Positions 52,184 through 62,989 of a stretch of 64,000 nt of DNA are shown one piece after another (position 1 is the first letter of the stretch; each line of letters begins with the position of its first letter). Position numbers and translations under genes: made by a program. The notes under the pieces were generated by a model. It was not told where the DNA came from. It saw only the letters and a list, made by a program, of their open reading frames with translations, and did no database searches. Source of the stretch: Octopus vulgaris (Eukaryota); assembly GCA_951406725.2 (NCBI GenBank), contig OX597814.1:194246001-194310000 (forward strand), given 5' to 3'.

Positions 52184-55100
52184 ATGTTTGTCCCCCTAGC
52201 ATTGCTTGACAACTGATGCTGGTGTGTTTATGTCCCCCGTTACTTAGCGGTTCGGCAAAAGAGACCGATGGAATAAGTACTAGGCTTACAAAAGAATAAG
52301 TCCCGGGGTCGATTTGCTCGACTAAAAGGCGGTGCTCCAGCATGGCCACAGTCAAATGACTGAAACAAGTAAAAGAGTAAAAGAGAGTACAGTTCTGAAA
52401 CTATTACTTTGACATTGAATAGGAACATACAAACTTGTTCCTTAACGATATTCAGTGGGGTGCAAAAGTAGGTATACAGTTATGGAAAACAGAAAACCTG
52501 TACAATACTCATTTCATCATCATCATCGTTTAACGTCCGTTTTCCGCGCTAGCACGGGTTGGACGGTTCAACCGGGGTCTGGGAAGCCAGGGGCTGCTCC
52601 AGGCTCCAGTCTGATCTGGCAGAGTTTCTACGGCTGGATGCCCTTCCTAACGCCAACCACTCCGCGAGTGTAGTGGGTGCTTTTTACGTGCCACCTGCAC
52701 AGGTGCCGGGGGGGGGGGGAAAGTCCGGCATCGGCCACGATCAGTTGGAACTTTTAACGTGCCAGCCAAGGCAGCGCTGGCAACGTTCGGATGGTGCTTT
52801 TTATGTGGCACAGAAGCCAGTCGGGGCGGCGCTGGCATCGGCCACGTTCGGATAGTGCTTTTTATGTGCCACCGGCACAGGCATCACAACTACTATTTCC
52901 ATTGATATTTATTTCGACATTCATGTTCATGTACTTGACTCAACAGGTCTCCTCAAGCACAGCAGGACGTTCTGGGATCCAGGGTACTTTGAATGGGCAG
53001 GGGCTATGCGGAACTGATGCAGGAAGCAGCCCGGGTCTTTGCAGTCACAGCATATCTCCAGAGATCTTGGTCCTTCGCCATTGCCTCAGTGAGGCCCAAC
53101 ACATCATCGTTTAACGTCCGCTTTCCATGTTAGGCAAACCAGATGGCTGCACCAGGCTTCAATCTTGATCTGGCAGAGTTTCTACAGCTGGATGCCCTTC
53201 CTAATGCCAACCACTCCGAGAGTGTAGTGAGTGCTTTTACATGCCACTGGCACGAGGGCCAGTCAGGCGGTACTGGCAACGGCCACGCTCAAATGGTGTT
53301 TTTATGTGCCACCTGCACAGTATTTAGTCATGACTGAAGGGGATCTCAACATATATATATATAAATAAGGTGTCCATAAATTACAGACATCACTAAATAT
53401 ATCCCCAATGGTTGTTTTAATAACATAGTAGTTTAGATAGGATGATGTCTATATTACAATAACCAATAATATGTTGCGCATGTATAGTAATATTACGATC
53501 ATGAAATTACCATTTGCTTATCTCACTCTTTCTCGTGCAACCCTGGTTGAGAAACGCTGGTTTTGGGTGTTGCACTCTTGGTTGTAAGATTGTAGTTTCG
53601 ATTCCAGGACCAGGTGATGTGTTGTATTCTTGAGCAAAACACTCCATTTCCTGTTACTCCAGTCCATTCACCTTGTAAAAACAAGTCATCTTTTGACAGA
53701 CTGACATCGTATCCAGAGGGATAATTTCTGCACCACAGACCAGGTTCTTCAACTAAACAAGTCATTTTATGTTGCCCCAGTCCACTCAGCTGGCAAAAAT
53801 TAGTAATCCTGTGACAGACTAAGCATCCCATCCAGGGGAATAATTTTCACACCTACAGAATCAGAAACCAGCCTTATGAGACTATGGACTCAGGAAAGGA
53901 CCTTTGACTTTGCTCCCTTTTTGAATAGTTATCTTTGTAAGACAGACTCCTCCCTCAACACTTTATCCTAGTAATGAAGATAAAATCTCTGGTGCTGTTC
54001 CAGCAGTCTTATCCTGTTGATATATCCATTCATATATATTCATCTGTCTGTTTATTTGATGTTAGGTGTTGGAAGTTCATCAGCAACTGGAATCTCCCAT
54101 GAATAACATCGACAGCAACAATGATCTTGGTGATAATGAGAAGGCCATCGTTCGAGAAATGTGCAATGTAAGGTCTTCCATATTTTTTATCTTTCATGTT
54201 TTTATTATTTGTTTCAGTCATTGAGCTGTGGTCATGCTGGAGCACTGCTTTGAAAGGTTTTAGTCAAATAGATTGACCCTAGTACATATTTGGGGCAATA
54301 ATGGGATAGCAATTTATGTAAAAAGTAGGGTGATAATGGGGTAGTGATTTATGTAAAAAGTGGGGCTAAAATGGGGTAGCGATTTATGTAAAAAGTGGGG
54401 TGATAATGGGGTAGTGATTTATGTAAAAAGTGGGGCTATAATTGAGTAGTAATTTATGTAAAAACAACAAAATAATGGGTTTGTTAGGTTAGTTTTATTT
54501 TTAAAAGACTGTTGCTTTGAATTTGCTTCAGAAAGAGGTCTACGTTTGCGATGGTTTGAGGGTACTAGGAATGTAGCCTGGGTGTCAAGGGGGCAGCAGC
54601 CCGAAAAAGTTTGGGAACCACTGCTCTACAACTACTAGAGCCTACCATACACTCTACAACTACTATCCAACTCTATATTTATTACTTACTGTCCTAAAAC
54701 AATTTATATTTAACTGTGTTCTATAATTTGTGTGGTAGGCTAAATTCGTTGGCTGGTTGAACACCACCATCCTGTGTGGCTATTAGATGCCATTAACCCT
54801 TTCGTTACTGTATTTATTTTGAGAGGCTCTATATTTTCCAATTACTTTAAGTATAATGAAGAATTTAGTGAAATAACTTAATTATCATTAAACTAATGTT
54901 AGGAACATAAATTGTGACTAAGGTTTGGTGGAACATTTTAATTCAAAACTTATGAAAACAAAACATTTGTACTACAGAGCCAGAAGTACTTTCAGCCCAG
55001 TTGATATTGAAAGGGTTAAGAGACCACATTGTTGCAAACAATAGAGCCAAGATTCTGGTTTAGGATAACAGCCTCTCACCAGTCTTGGAGTTTCTGGAAA

Positions 55101-55219
55101 AATTATGGATGCTGCCCTTTCTCTTCTGTTTAACCCTTTAACATTTAAACTGGACATATCTGGCCCAAACATTCTATTTGTTTTATGTTTAAACCAGCTA
55201 GATATGGCTTCTCACAATT

Positions 55220-55263
<44 letters not shown>

Positions 55264-56381
55264 TACTAATATAGGATGAAGTTTTTTTTTTTTTTTCATC
55301 AAAATATATGGCAGCATATTAACATACCTTTACGGTTAAAATTATAAACAACTTATAAACAAGGGCAAAAGAAAATTATTTCAACGCCAATGTGCTGATA
55401 ACAGACTTTTAAATCGTCAATTTCCACATATTATTTACTCGCTACAGAAAAAACACTAAGAACTGAAATCGGGGAAGCCGGCCGATAGAATTTTAAAAAA
55501 AAGTTCGTTATTTCTATATTGAATCAATTTCGGAATTAATCTCATATGTATATATATATATATACACACAATAACTTCATTGAAATCTCAAAGCTACAAG
55601 ATAAAACAGGATTAATTCAAAACAATTTGAATGAATAAACATTACATTTGACAAAGAGATCTGAATACTGAAGGGTTAAAATATAAAGAAAAATTACAAA
55701 CCTGTTTTTCTACTTGATGACTCAATCCTGAACTGCTTTGATACATTCTTTTCTGTTTATAATGATGTTGTTCATTCATAGGCTCGCTCTGATCAAAGGC
55801 AGTCCGTCCATGATCATCCTGTCCTTTCAGCAAGTGTACACAGGAACATGTTGTCCAATGTATCTTCTTCTAAGTAGGTAGAGTGGGATTTTTATAAGGC
55901 GGAGAGCTGGCAGAATCGTTAGCACGCCGGGCGAAATGCTTTGTGGTATTTCTTCCACCATTTGCATTCTGAGTTCAAATTCCGCTGAGGTCAACTTTGC
56001 CTTTCATCCTTTCGGGGTCAATTGAATAAGTACCAGTTTTGCACTGGGGTCGATATATTCGACTTAATCCGTTTGTCTGTCCTTGTTTGTCCCCTCTGTG
56101 TTTAGCCCCTTCTGGGTTGTAAAGAAATAGGTAGAGTGGGATTTGAAGGAAATCTGGCTGTTATTTCATACGAGCACAAACATGGCCATGTGGTTTAACC
56201 CTTTTGCATTCAGATCATGGTGCAGGAGTGGCTGTGTGGTAAGTAGCTAGCTTAACAACCACATGGTTCCAGGTTCAGTCCCACTGCATGGTGCCTTGGG
56301 CAAGTGTCTTCTACTATAGCCTCTGGCTGACCAAAGCCTTGTGAGTGGATTTGGTAGACGGAAACTGGAAGAAGCCCGTCG

Positions 56382-56415
<34 letters not shown>

Positions 56416-58391
56416 GGTATATGTTTGTGTATCTGTGTTTATCCCCCTAGCATTGCTTGACAACCGATAGTGGTGTGTTTATGTCTCCGTAACTTAGCAG
56501 TTCAGCAAAAGAGACTAATAGAATAAGTACTAGGCTTACAAAGAATAAGTTCTGGAGTCGATTTACTCGACTAAAAGGCGGTGCTCCAGCATGGCCACAG
56601 TCAAGTGACTGAAACAAGTGAAAGAGTAAAGAGTATCTCATAGTTTGAAGATTTCAATGAAGTGATTTTTATATTTTTAGAATGACCCTGTAGGGCAAGT
56701 TTCAACATAAAACAAGTAGAAATCTGGGACAGATATGGCTGGTTTAAATGCTTTTCATGTATCATCATCATCGTTTAATATCCGTTCCCCATGGTAGCAT
56801 GGGTTGGACGGTTCGACCGGGGATCTGGGAAGCCAGAAGGCTGCACCAGGCTCCAGTCTTATCTGGTAATGTTTCTACAGCTGGATGCCCTTCCTAACGC
56901 CAACCACTCCATGAGTGTAGTGGGTGATTTTTACGTGCCACCCGCACAGGTTTCAAATGTGGTTTCAAATTCATCCCTACAGTGTGGCATTTAATACTGG
57001 GGTAGAAAGGGCTCCTTAGCCGTAGTGAAGGCAATCTATCTAGGGAGATAACCTTACAATAAATCACTCTGTAGCTTAGAAATACTGGGTTAACGTCCAG
57101 CGGGAACAGTTCTGTTTCATGGAGGAGGAAAGATCTTCTTTAGTACTTGGTTGTACAATGCTTTCCAATGTGTGTAGTAGTGGTGCGCGCACACATTATT
57201 AGCCATTTGAAAAGACTATGAAAGTCTCGACCACGGTCGAACAATGATGATGATGAAGTATCTTCTACTTTAATCTTGGGTCAACCAAAGCCATCGAGTG
57301 CTCTTTCTCATCGAAGCTGTTAAAAAAAAAAAGTGAGTCATGGAATTACATAGGAGAGGCTCTCATCATTATCATCATTTAACGTCCGCTTTCCATGCTA
57401 GCATGGGTTGGACGAATGACTGAGGGCTGGCGAACCAGATGGCTGCACCAGGCTCCAATCTTGATCTGGCCAGAGTTTCTACAGCTGAATGCCCTTCCTA
57501 GCGCCAACCACTCCGAGTGTAGTGGGTGCTTTTACGTGCCACCGGAACGGGGCCAGTCAGACGGTACTGGCAGCGACCTCACTCGAATCTTTTACACGTG
57601 CCACCCGCACAGGTGCCAGTAAGGCAATGCTGGTAACGATCACACTCGAATGGTGTCTTTTACGTGCCACTGGCATGGAGTACAGATAGCCACTCTGGCA
57701 ACGATCATGCTCAGATGGTGCTCTTTAAAGCAACGCTGGCAACGATCATGCTCAGATGGTGCTCTTTAAAGCAACGCTGATAACGATCACGCTCGAATGG
57801 CGCCTTTTAAGTGCTACTGGCACGGAAGCCGGTTGGCTGCTCTGTCAATGGTCACACTCGTATGGTACTCTTTGCACCCTGCTAGCATGGACGCGAGTCA
57901 TCGAATTTGATTTTTGATTTCACTTGCCTCAAAAGGCTCTCTTGTCTATTTAATGATTTCTCAGTGTTTGTGTTTGTATATTTTAGGTTGTATGGCGGAA
58001 ACTGGAAAGTACATCTCCTAGAAGACAATATCCTCCCAAACAGCCAAATTCTTCGTTGGAGCACGAGCCAGCAAGGACTTCACAACAGACTCACCAGCCT
58101 CGAAACAGTCTCTCCAGACCGCCACCACCAACACAGCAGAAACAATCATCACAGCCATATATTGAGAAGCATCCAAGTGTCACATCTTATCCACAGCAGT
58201 TCTATCCTCATCACTCGCCTCAATCCCCGCCTCCCTCTCAGAAACTGGCCAATTCTAACTCCAGATACAGCAACAGTTCATACATGACCCGTTCTCGGCC
58301 GTCTTCTTCATCGACTCTTTCACCAACTTCAAAAGTTAAACCCATGCCATACTCTGCCACAGAAAACAGAATTGATCAACGTCATTATTAA
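39908..58391 (+). CDS. CCDC85C: Coiled-coil domain-containing protein 85 (CCDC85C-like), 7 coding exons, 503 aa: join(39908..40279,41667..41859,46101..46186,48864..48944,51616..51888,54066..54167,57987..58391)
   Basis: Recognised family motifs in order: [129 protein letters not shown]. All introns are GT-AG with compatible phases (0,1,0,0,0,0). Total 1512 nt, ending in TAA. Confidence 0.93.
41430..41475 (+). ncRNA. Degenerate hammerhead-like motif (second Penelope-type family)
   Basis: aacac-CCAACGA-a-ggctgg...ttagcc-GAAA-C-GTT-gtgtt. The sister copy at ~45494-45536 (-) keeps CTGAAGA. Confidence 0.45.
41667..41859 (+). CDS. CCDC85C: CCDC85 coding exon 2
   Basis: ttttaag|GTG ... AACT|gtaagt. 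Encodes [23 protein letters not shown]...DDGDGSSNG. Confidence 0.93.
42004..42703 (-). mobile_element. Two adjacent SINE family A copies
   Basis: Copies at 42004-42340 and 42350-42703. Confidence 0.85.
43205..43598 (-). mobile_element. SINE family A
   Basis: Head to tail intact. Confidence 0.9.
44120..44300 (+). pseudogene. LINE (CR1/L2-group) ORF2 extreme C-terminus
   Basis: SLGFRGPQLFNIL...FKIKLDLFLSGVPNEP. Confidence 0.6.
44845..45110 (+). pseudogene. CR1-like LINE RT C-terminal fragment
   Basis: PHLEFASPVWNPY..QDIDLLETAQR...LPYSEHLASLGIDTMKL. Confidence 0.75.
45185..45393. mobile_element. Mariner-type MITE
   Basis: TA|cgagggggtgctggaaagttcttggcttt ... aaagccaggaacttttcagtacccccttg|TA. 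Confidence 0.82.
46101..46186 (+). CDS. CCDC85C: CCDC85 coding exon 3 (not in ORF track)
   Basis: tttcttcag|CC ... CTG|gtaagt. Phase-1 start matches exon 2. Encodes [28 protein letters not shown]. Confidence 0.9.
47213..47415 (+). mobile_element. piggyBac-type MITE
   Basis: TTAA|ccctttcgatac ... gtaacagaaggg|TTAA. Confidence 0.82.
47662..48073 (-). mobile_element. SINE family B dimer
   Basis: One head and two bodies. Flanking direct repeat tgtttctgtctctct. Confidence 0.88.
48864..48944 (+). CDS. CCDC85C: CCDC85 coding exon 4 (not in ORF track)
   Basis: gtttccag|CAA ... ATG|gtagga. 81 nt, open, phase 0-0, non-repetitive. Encodes QLEQQTNDANSNYPNTFRPPGPVRAQM. No conserved motif, so less certain. 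Confidence 0.72.
49286..49664 (+). mobile_element. Two tandem piggyBac-type MITEs (49286-49434 deleted; 49453-49664)
   Basis: Same body as 47213..47415. Both end aaaggg|TTAA. Confidence 0.8.
51049..51423 (+). mobile_element. Non-autonomous Helitron (intron 4)
   Basis: TCATATATAAAGCTG ... cccgagcaacgctggacgatactgCTAG|T. Confidence 0.8.
51616..51888 (+). CDS. CCDC85C: CCDC85 coding exon 5 (polyQ/Pro-rich)
   Basis: ttcag|GTG ... AAG|gtaatc. Ends in conserved PDAVTHAMK. Confidence 0.88.
51961..52388 (+). mobile_element. SINE family A
   Basis: Head to tail intact. Confidence 0.9.
52514..53320 (-). mobile_element. RTE-type LINE 3' ends with (GAT)n tail (two adjacent copies)
   Basis: catcatcatcgtttaacgtccg...ccatgctagcatgggttggacgg...ctggatgcccttcctaacgccaacc. 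About 12 further copies between 34 and 64 kb. Confidence 0.75.
54066..54167 (+). CDS. CCDC85C: CCDC85 coding exon 6 (not in ORF track)
   Basis: gttag|GTG ... AAT|gtaagg. Encodes [34 protein letters not shown]. Confidence 0.94.
54291..54464. repeat. 35 bp minisatellite x5
   Basis: tggggctaaaatggggtagcgatttatgtaaaaag. aaaagt recurs at 54321, 54356, 54391 and 54426. Confidence 0.9.
54797..55015 (-). mobile_element. piggyBac-type MITE, inverted relative to the 47-49 kb copies
   Basis: TTAA|ccctttcgttac ... gatattgaaaggg|TTAA. Confidence 0.82.
55134..55675. mobile_element. Second piggyBac-type MITE family with internal insertion
   Basis: TTAA|ccctttaacattta ... tgaatactgaaggg|TTAA. Confidence 0.6.
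55898..56131 (+). mobile_element. SINE family B
   Basis: TSD taggtagagtgggattt at 55875-55891 and 56128-56144. Confidence 0.9.
56219..56634 (+). mobile_element. SINE family A
   Basis: Head to tail intact. Confidence 0.9.
57363..57935 (-). mobile_element. RTE-type LINE 3' end with internal ~40 bp tandem repeats
   Basis: Same family. Repeated ggcaacgatcac(a/g)ctcgaatggtg units. Confidence 0.75.
57987..58391 (+). CDS. CCDC85C: CCDC85 terminal coding exon
   Basis: ttttag|GTT GTA TGG CGG AAA CTG (VVWRKL). Frame continues into the tracked ORF and ends IDQRHY-TAA. Confidence 0.92.
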   Translation, partial: VVWRKLESTSPRRQYPPKQPNSSLEHEPARTSQQTHQPRNSLSRPPPPTQQKQSSQPYIEKHPSVTSYPQQFYPHHSPQSPPPSQKLANSNSRYSNSSYMTRSRPSSSSTLSPTSKVKPMPYSATENRIDQRHY

Positions 58392-58580
58392 AGTTTGCCA
58401 TTTTTAGAGGGCTGTTCCTCACCACCGACTCTTTCGTGTACTTTAGCTTGCTTGAGTACAGAATTGTGTGTGTGTGTGTGTGTATGCATATATATATATC
58501 TGGCTTCCCAGACTCCAGTTGAACCGTCCAACCCATGCCAGCATGGAAAGCGGATGCTAAACGATGATGATGATGATATA

Positions 58581-58812
58581 TATTTCTTTACTACCCACAA
58601 GGGGCTAAACACAGAGGGGACAAAGAAGGACAGACAAATGGATTAAGTCGATTACATCAACCCCAGTGCGTAACTGGTACTTAATTTATCGACCCCGAAA
58701 GGATGAAAGGCAAAGTCGACCTCAGTGGAATTTGAACTCGGAACGTAACGGCAGACGAAATACGGCTACGCATTTCGCCCAGCGTGCTAATGTTTCTGCC
58801 AGCTCGCTGCCT
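58581..58812 (-). mobile_element. SINE family B in probable 3' UTR
   Basis: Full monomer about 190 bp after the stop codon. Another copy at ~61030-61251. Confidence 0.88.
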
Positions 58813-59452
58813 TATGTATGTATGTATGCATGCATATATATATATATATTGCATGCATGTATATGTGTGTATGTATATGTGTGTGTATAAATATATTTGA
58901 GCATGTATGTGTATGTATGGGTGTATGTACTTGAGAGAGAGATTATATTAAAAATGATAAGCAGATAATCTAATATCCCACCAATTAACAACATTGTAAT
59001 TATCTGCAGAACATAACTAATTTTGAAGAAATTTCTTTTTTTTTTCCCCAAAATTGTTTTTAATGTCTTATATATATTATATATCATAGAATATTTCTCA
59101 GGAATTCTTCAAATTGAAATAGCAATTCATTCGATAACAGGTTGTCATTGTTTTACAAAAATTCTATTTTACCGAACGAATTTGTATTTTTACAGAAATA
59201 ATACCAACTGCTTAATCTTGTAAATATATCACTTTTTGCACTCCATAATTCATACTTATATATTTACAGAAATCTTACACGTACATCCACCTACATACAC
59301 AGCAAACGGAGAAATTACGATGACCACAAGTTTATATTATTTGTTCCCTTTGTACATTTCCCCATTGTAGTTTTTAAGCTTCCAGTTGCACTTGGAATAT
59401 TTCAGTGCTGAGGTCCCAACACCACAACAGTGAAACATCTTTAAGGATCGAC

Positions 59453-59798
59453 CTATTGAGTCAAGTACATCAACATCAAAAAATCAAATGGAAATTGTAG
59501 TTGTGATACCTGTGCTGGTAGCATGTAAAAAGCACCATCCAAATGTGGCCGGTTACTGGCTTCCGTGCCGGTGGCACGTAAAAAGCACCAACCGATTGTA
59601 GCCGTTGCCAGCCTCCAGTGGCACGTAAAAAGCACCCACTACACTCACGGAGAGGTTGGTGTTAGGAAGGGCATCCAGCTGTAGAAACACTGTCAAATCA
59701 GACTGGAGCCTGGTGCAGCCTCCTGGTTTCCCAGACCCCTGTCGAACTGTTCAACTCATGCTCGCATGGAAAACAGACGTTAAATGATGATGATGATG
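59453..59798 (+). mobile_element. RTE-type LINE 3' end
   Basis: Same family, ends gacgttaaatgatgatgatgat. Confidence 0.75.
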
Positions 59799-61369
59799 TG
59801 TTTATGATTTGGGATGCGCTTCGGGGAAAAAAACAAAAAGGACCATGTTCACTAAAGTATTCTATAGATTATATTATACAGGGTTTACATATATTTTGAT
59901 ATTTGTTCTACAGCTGTATCCATGTTGACCATGTCAGATCCACATGGGTGATATAAGCTTAGTGCAAATATTCAAATAAAGAACCTTTATACGTGGATTT
60001 GGGAGACAAAAACTGAAAGTGAAAGAAGCCCTTTGTGCATATGTAGGTCTGTCTGCATGTTTGTGTGTTAAGGTCTCCTTGCCTTGAGACATTGCAAGAT
60101 ATTTGGAAGACTGGAAAGGAATGACACCTCTTGTATAACAATGACACATGCTTACAAGACATATGGTCATGAGGGAATATGACCTTGCTTGGAAACGGGT
60201 TCAGGTTGGTGACAAAAAAAAGGGCATCTAGCAGTAGAAAATCTGCCTCAACTAATTTCATCCGACCCATGCCAACATGGAAAGTGGATGTTAAATATCC
60301 TCTCTGAGCATTTTTGGAAAGCTCTCCATTCCTGCTCCTCTGCACTACCTACATACTGATGGTGACCAAAATAAAATCTCAAAAACCATTTGGTCCCCAT
60401 CTCTGTAGTAAATGGCAAGCAAAGCATAATCTCTGCCAAATAGTAGCTGACAGCCATGGCAGGCCTTCATATAGCTCTTTGTTGATTATAAGATCTTTCC
60501 GGTTGGTGTTAAAAATTCTTCTCAATAGCTTATATAATCTATTTTTATTTTTAAGCTTTGAGTTATGGTCCAAGTTTCTGAGTTATAATAATAATGAAAT
60601 TATTGTATACAGTGCTCAGGTGCACCACAACTTGTCAAAAAGTGCGTATAAGGTATATGCAGTAATGTACAAATATCTGGGAAGTGAACAGTGTATGAGT
60701 CAGATACATGCTTGCGTGTGTATGGAGGGGAGAAAATCAAGTGTAGTGTTGGTGAATCTTAGGAAGCATGATACATGCCCTGAAATATTTAAATTTCATT
60801 TTTCTGTCCATGTTAGGCTTCCATATTTTCTCTTATTTATTGCAACCCATGCCAGTTCTTTCCTCACATTAAATCATCCTTACTTTTTGGGACATTACTG
60901 CCTCATTGTCATCATCATTTACTTTCCTTGTTTTCCATACTGGAATATGTTGGACAATCTGACAGGAGCTGGCAAGCCAGAGAGTTGCACCAGGCTCCAG
61001 TTGTCTCTTTTGGCATGCTGTCTATGGCTACTTCCCACAAGGGGCTAAACACAGAGAGGACAAACAAGGACAGACAAACAGATTAAGTCGATTACATCGA
61101 CCCCAGTATGTAACTGGTACTTAATTTATCGACCCAGAAAGGATGAAAGGCAAAGTCGACCTTGGCGGAATTTGAACTCAGAACATAGCGGCAGTCAAAA
61201 TACGGCTATTCATTTAGCCCGGCGTGCTAATGTTTCTGCCAGCTCGCCGCCCCACTTTACAGAGTGGACTTGGCACTTTTTATGTGGTACCAGCATAAAA
61301 TTGCACCACCTGATTAATGATTGGACCAGTTATGGATTTTTAGTTGATAATCATCATAGATTCCATCTG

Positions 61370-62000
61370 TTAACAATTTCTGTTTTGCTAGCATTAAGAT
61401 GTAAACCAATTAGATTCGCTGCATGTTCAATACAATGTAATTCATTTTCAGCAGCTAATTGCCATCATTCATTGATCAGTGCATTGTCATCAGCATAAGC
61501 CAAATCCTTTAGCCGTATCTCTGTGTGTTTAAGCTGAAGGGTTTTTTTTTATAGATACATACAACTATTGAATCATGACTGAATGAAGAACTCGATACAA
61601 ATGTAAATTCTAATAACTATAACTTCATTGCCAACGATACCAAACTCTCACTGGGTATGTAGTTTATTCATAGGATTGAACAAAACAGACAAGCCAAGCA
61701 AAACTTCAAAATTACGGTCAGTGAAGTTATAATTATCTATCCGCAGAGGTTGACACACATGCATCTTATAAGTCCCAAATATATGCCGTGGGAAACAGAA
61801 TCCTGATGTCGTTCACCAATATTCTATTCTTTTGCATGGCAATCATTCAGATTTTATGAATAAATATTTTGTCAATATAGATCCCTCCCACTAGTTTCTG
61901 ACTTAAAATTCAGTTTGTGGAGATGATACGAGATTATGTGATGTATATGCTTCTTTCAAGTATATTTATAATGAAAGCAATAATAAATCTCTGAACGTTT
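61370..62000 (-). pseudogene. Degenerate non-LTR reverse transcriptase fragment
   Basis: Minus strand LAYADDNALI...IEHAANLIGLHLNASKTEI. Confidence 0.6.
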
Positions 62001-62448
62001 TTCGAAATCAGTGACGGAAGTTACTGGAAAAACAATAAATAAATATTTGCAAACAGGTCTCCCTTCATCGAAAACCAGTGATTGCCGTACGCCGAAGACA
62101 GGCAAATACCTAGAAACTGCAGTCCGTGCGTATCACTTAGGTTGACGAGAGAGGGATGACCTCCCTTTGCAAATACCATAAGAGCACAGAAAGTGTGCCT
62201 AAAGCCAGCTGGAGACGATGATCTCCTGGGGCTAAAAGCTACAGTAACACCCACTCTTAGTGGTTAGCCATATTTAGATGGCTAGTATACCTTATAATGA
62301 AAGTAATATAGCTAAGGCTACACAATGAAATGATGGTTACAAGGACACCCTGGGAGTTCATCACATACCCTCAATGTTAGTATATCACAATGTATGAGCT
62401 AGGTAGACACATTGACACTAATATATGACTGAAATTGTTACTACTATA

Positions 62449-62820
62449 GGCGTAGGAGTGGCTGTGTCGTAAGTAGCTTGCTTACGAACCACATGGTTCT
62501 GGGTTCAGTCCCGCTGCGTGTCACCTTGGGCAAGTGTCTTCTGCTATAGCCTCGGGTCGACCAAAGCCTTGTGAGTGGATTTGGCAGACGGAAACTGAAA
62601 GAAGCCCTTCGTATATATGTGTGTGTATGTTTGTCTCCCCAACATCACTTGACAACCGATGCTGGTGTGTTTACGTTCCCGTAACTTAGCGGTTCAGCAA
62701 AAGAAACCAATAGAATAAGTACTAGGCTTCCAAAGAATAAGTCCTGGGGTCGATTTGCTCGACTAAAGGTGGTGCTCCAGCATGGCCACAGTCAAATGAC
62801 TGAAACAAGTAAAAGAGAGT
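62449..62820 (+). mobile_element. SINE family A
   Basis: Head to tail intact. Confidence 0.9.
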
Positions 62821-62989
62821 TACGTAAATCCCAGAGTGGGATTAAGAGTGAAGTTGACTGCAATAGTAACGATAAAACAGAAACAGTTTCTATCTACCGA
62901 ATCCTCAGTGGAACTGGCAGATTGAAACTGATAGAAAACCAGTGTTTGGTATTTTGCCAGGGAGAAATACCAAGCCAAAAATAAATCCC

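Noticed and set aside
57907-58287. Alternative-frame ORF over the last exon
   Set aside because: The conserved VVWRKL after the acceptor fixes the other frame.
59970-60380. Polyadenylation signals (aataaa)
   Set aside because: Too frequent by chance in AT-rich DNA to assign the 3' end without transcripts.
60314-61048. 244 aa ORF, the longest in the track
   Set aside because: Non-ATG start, no recognisable domain, and it crosses repeat fragments.
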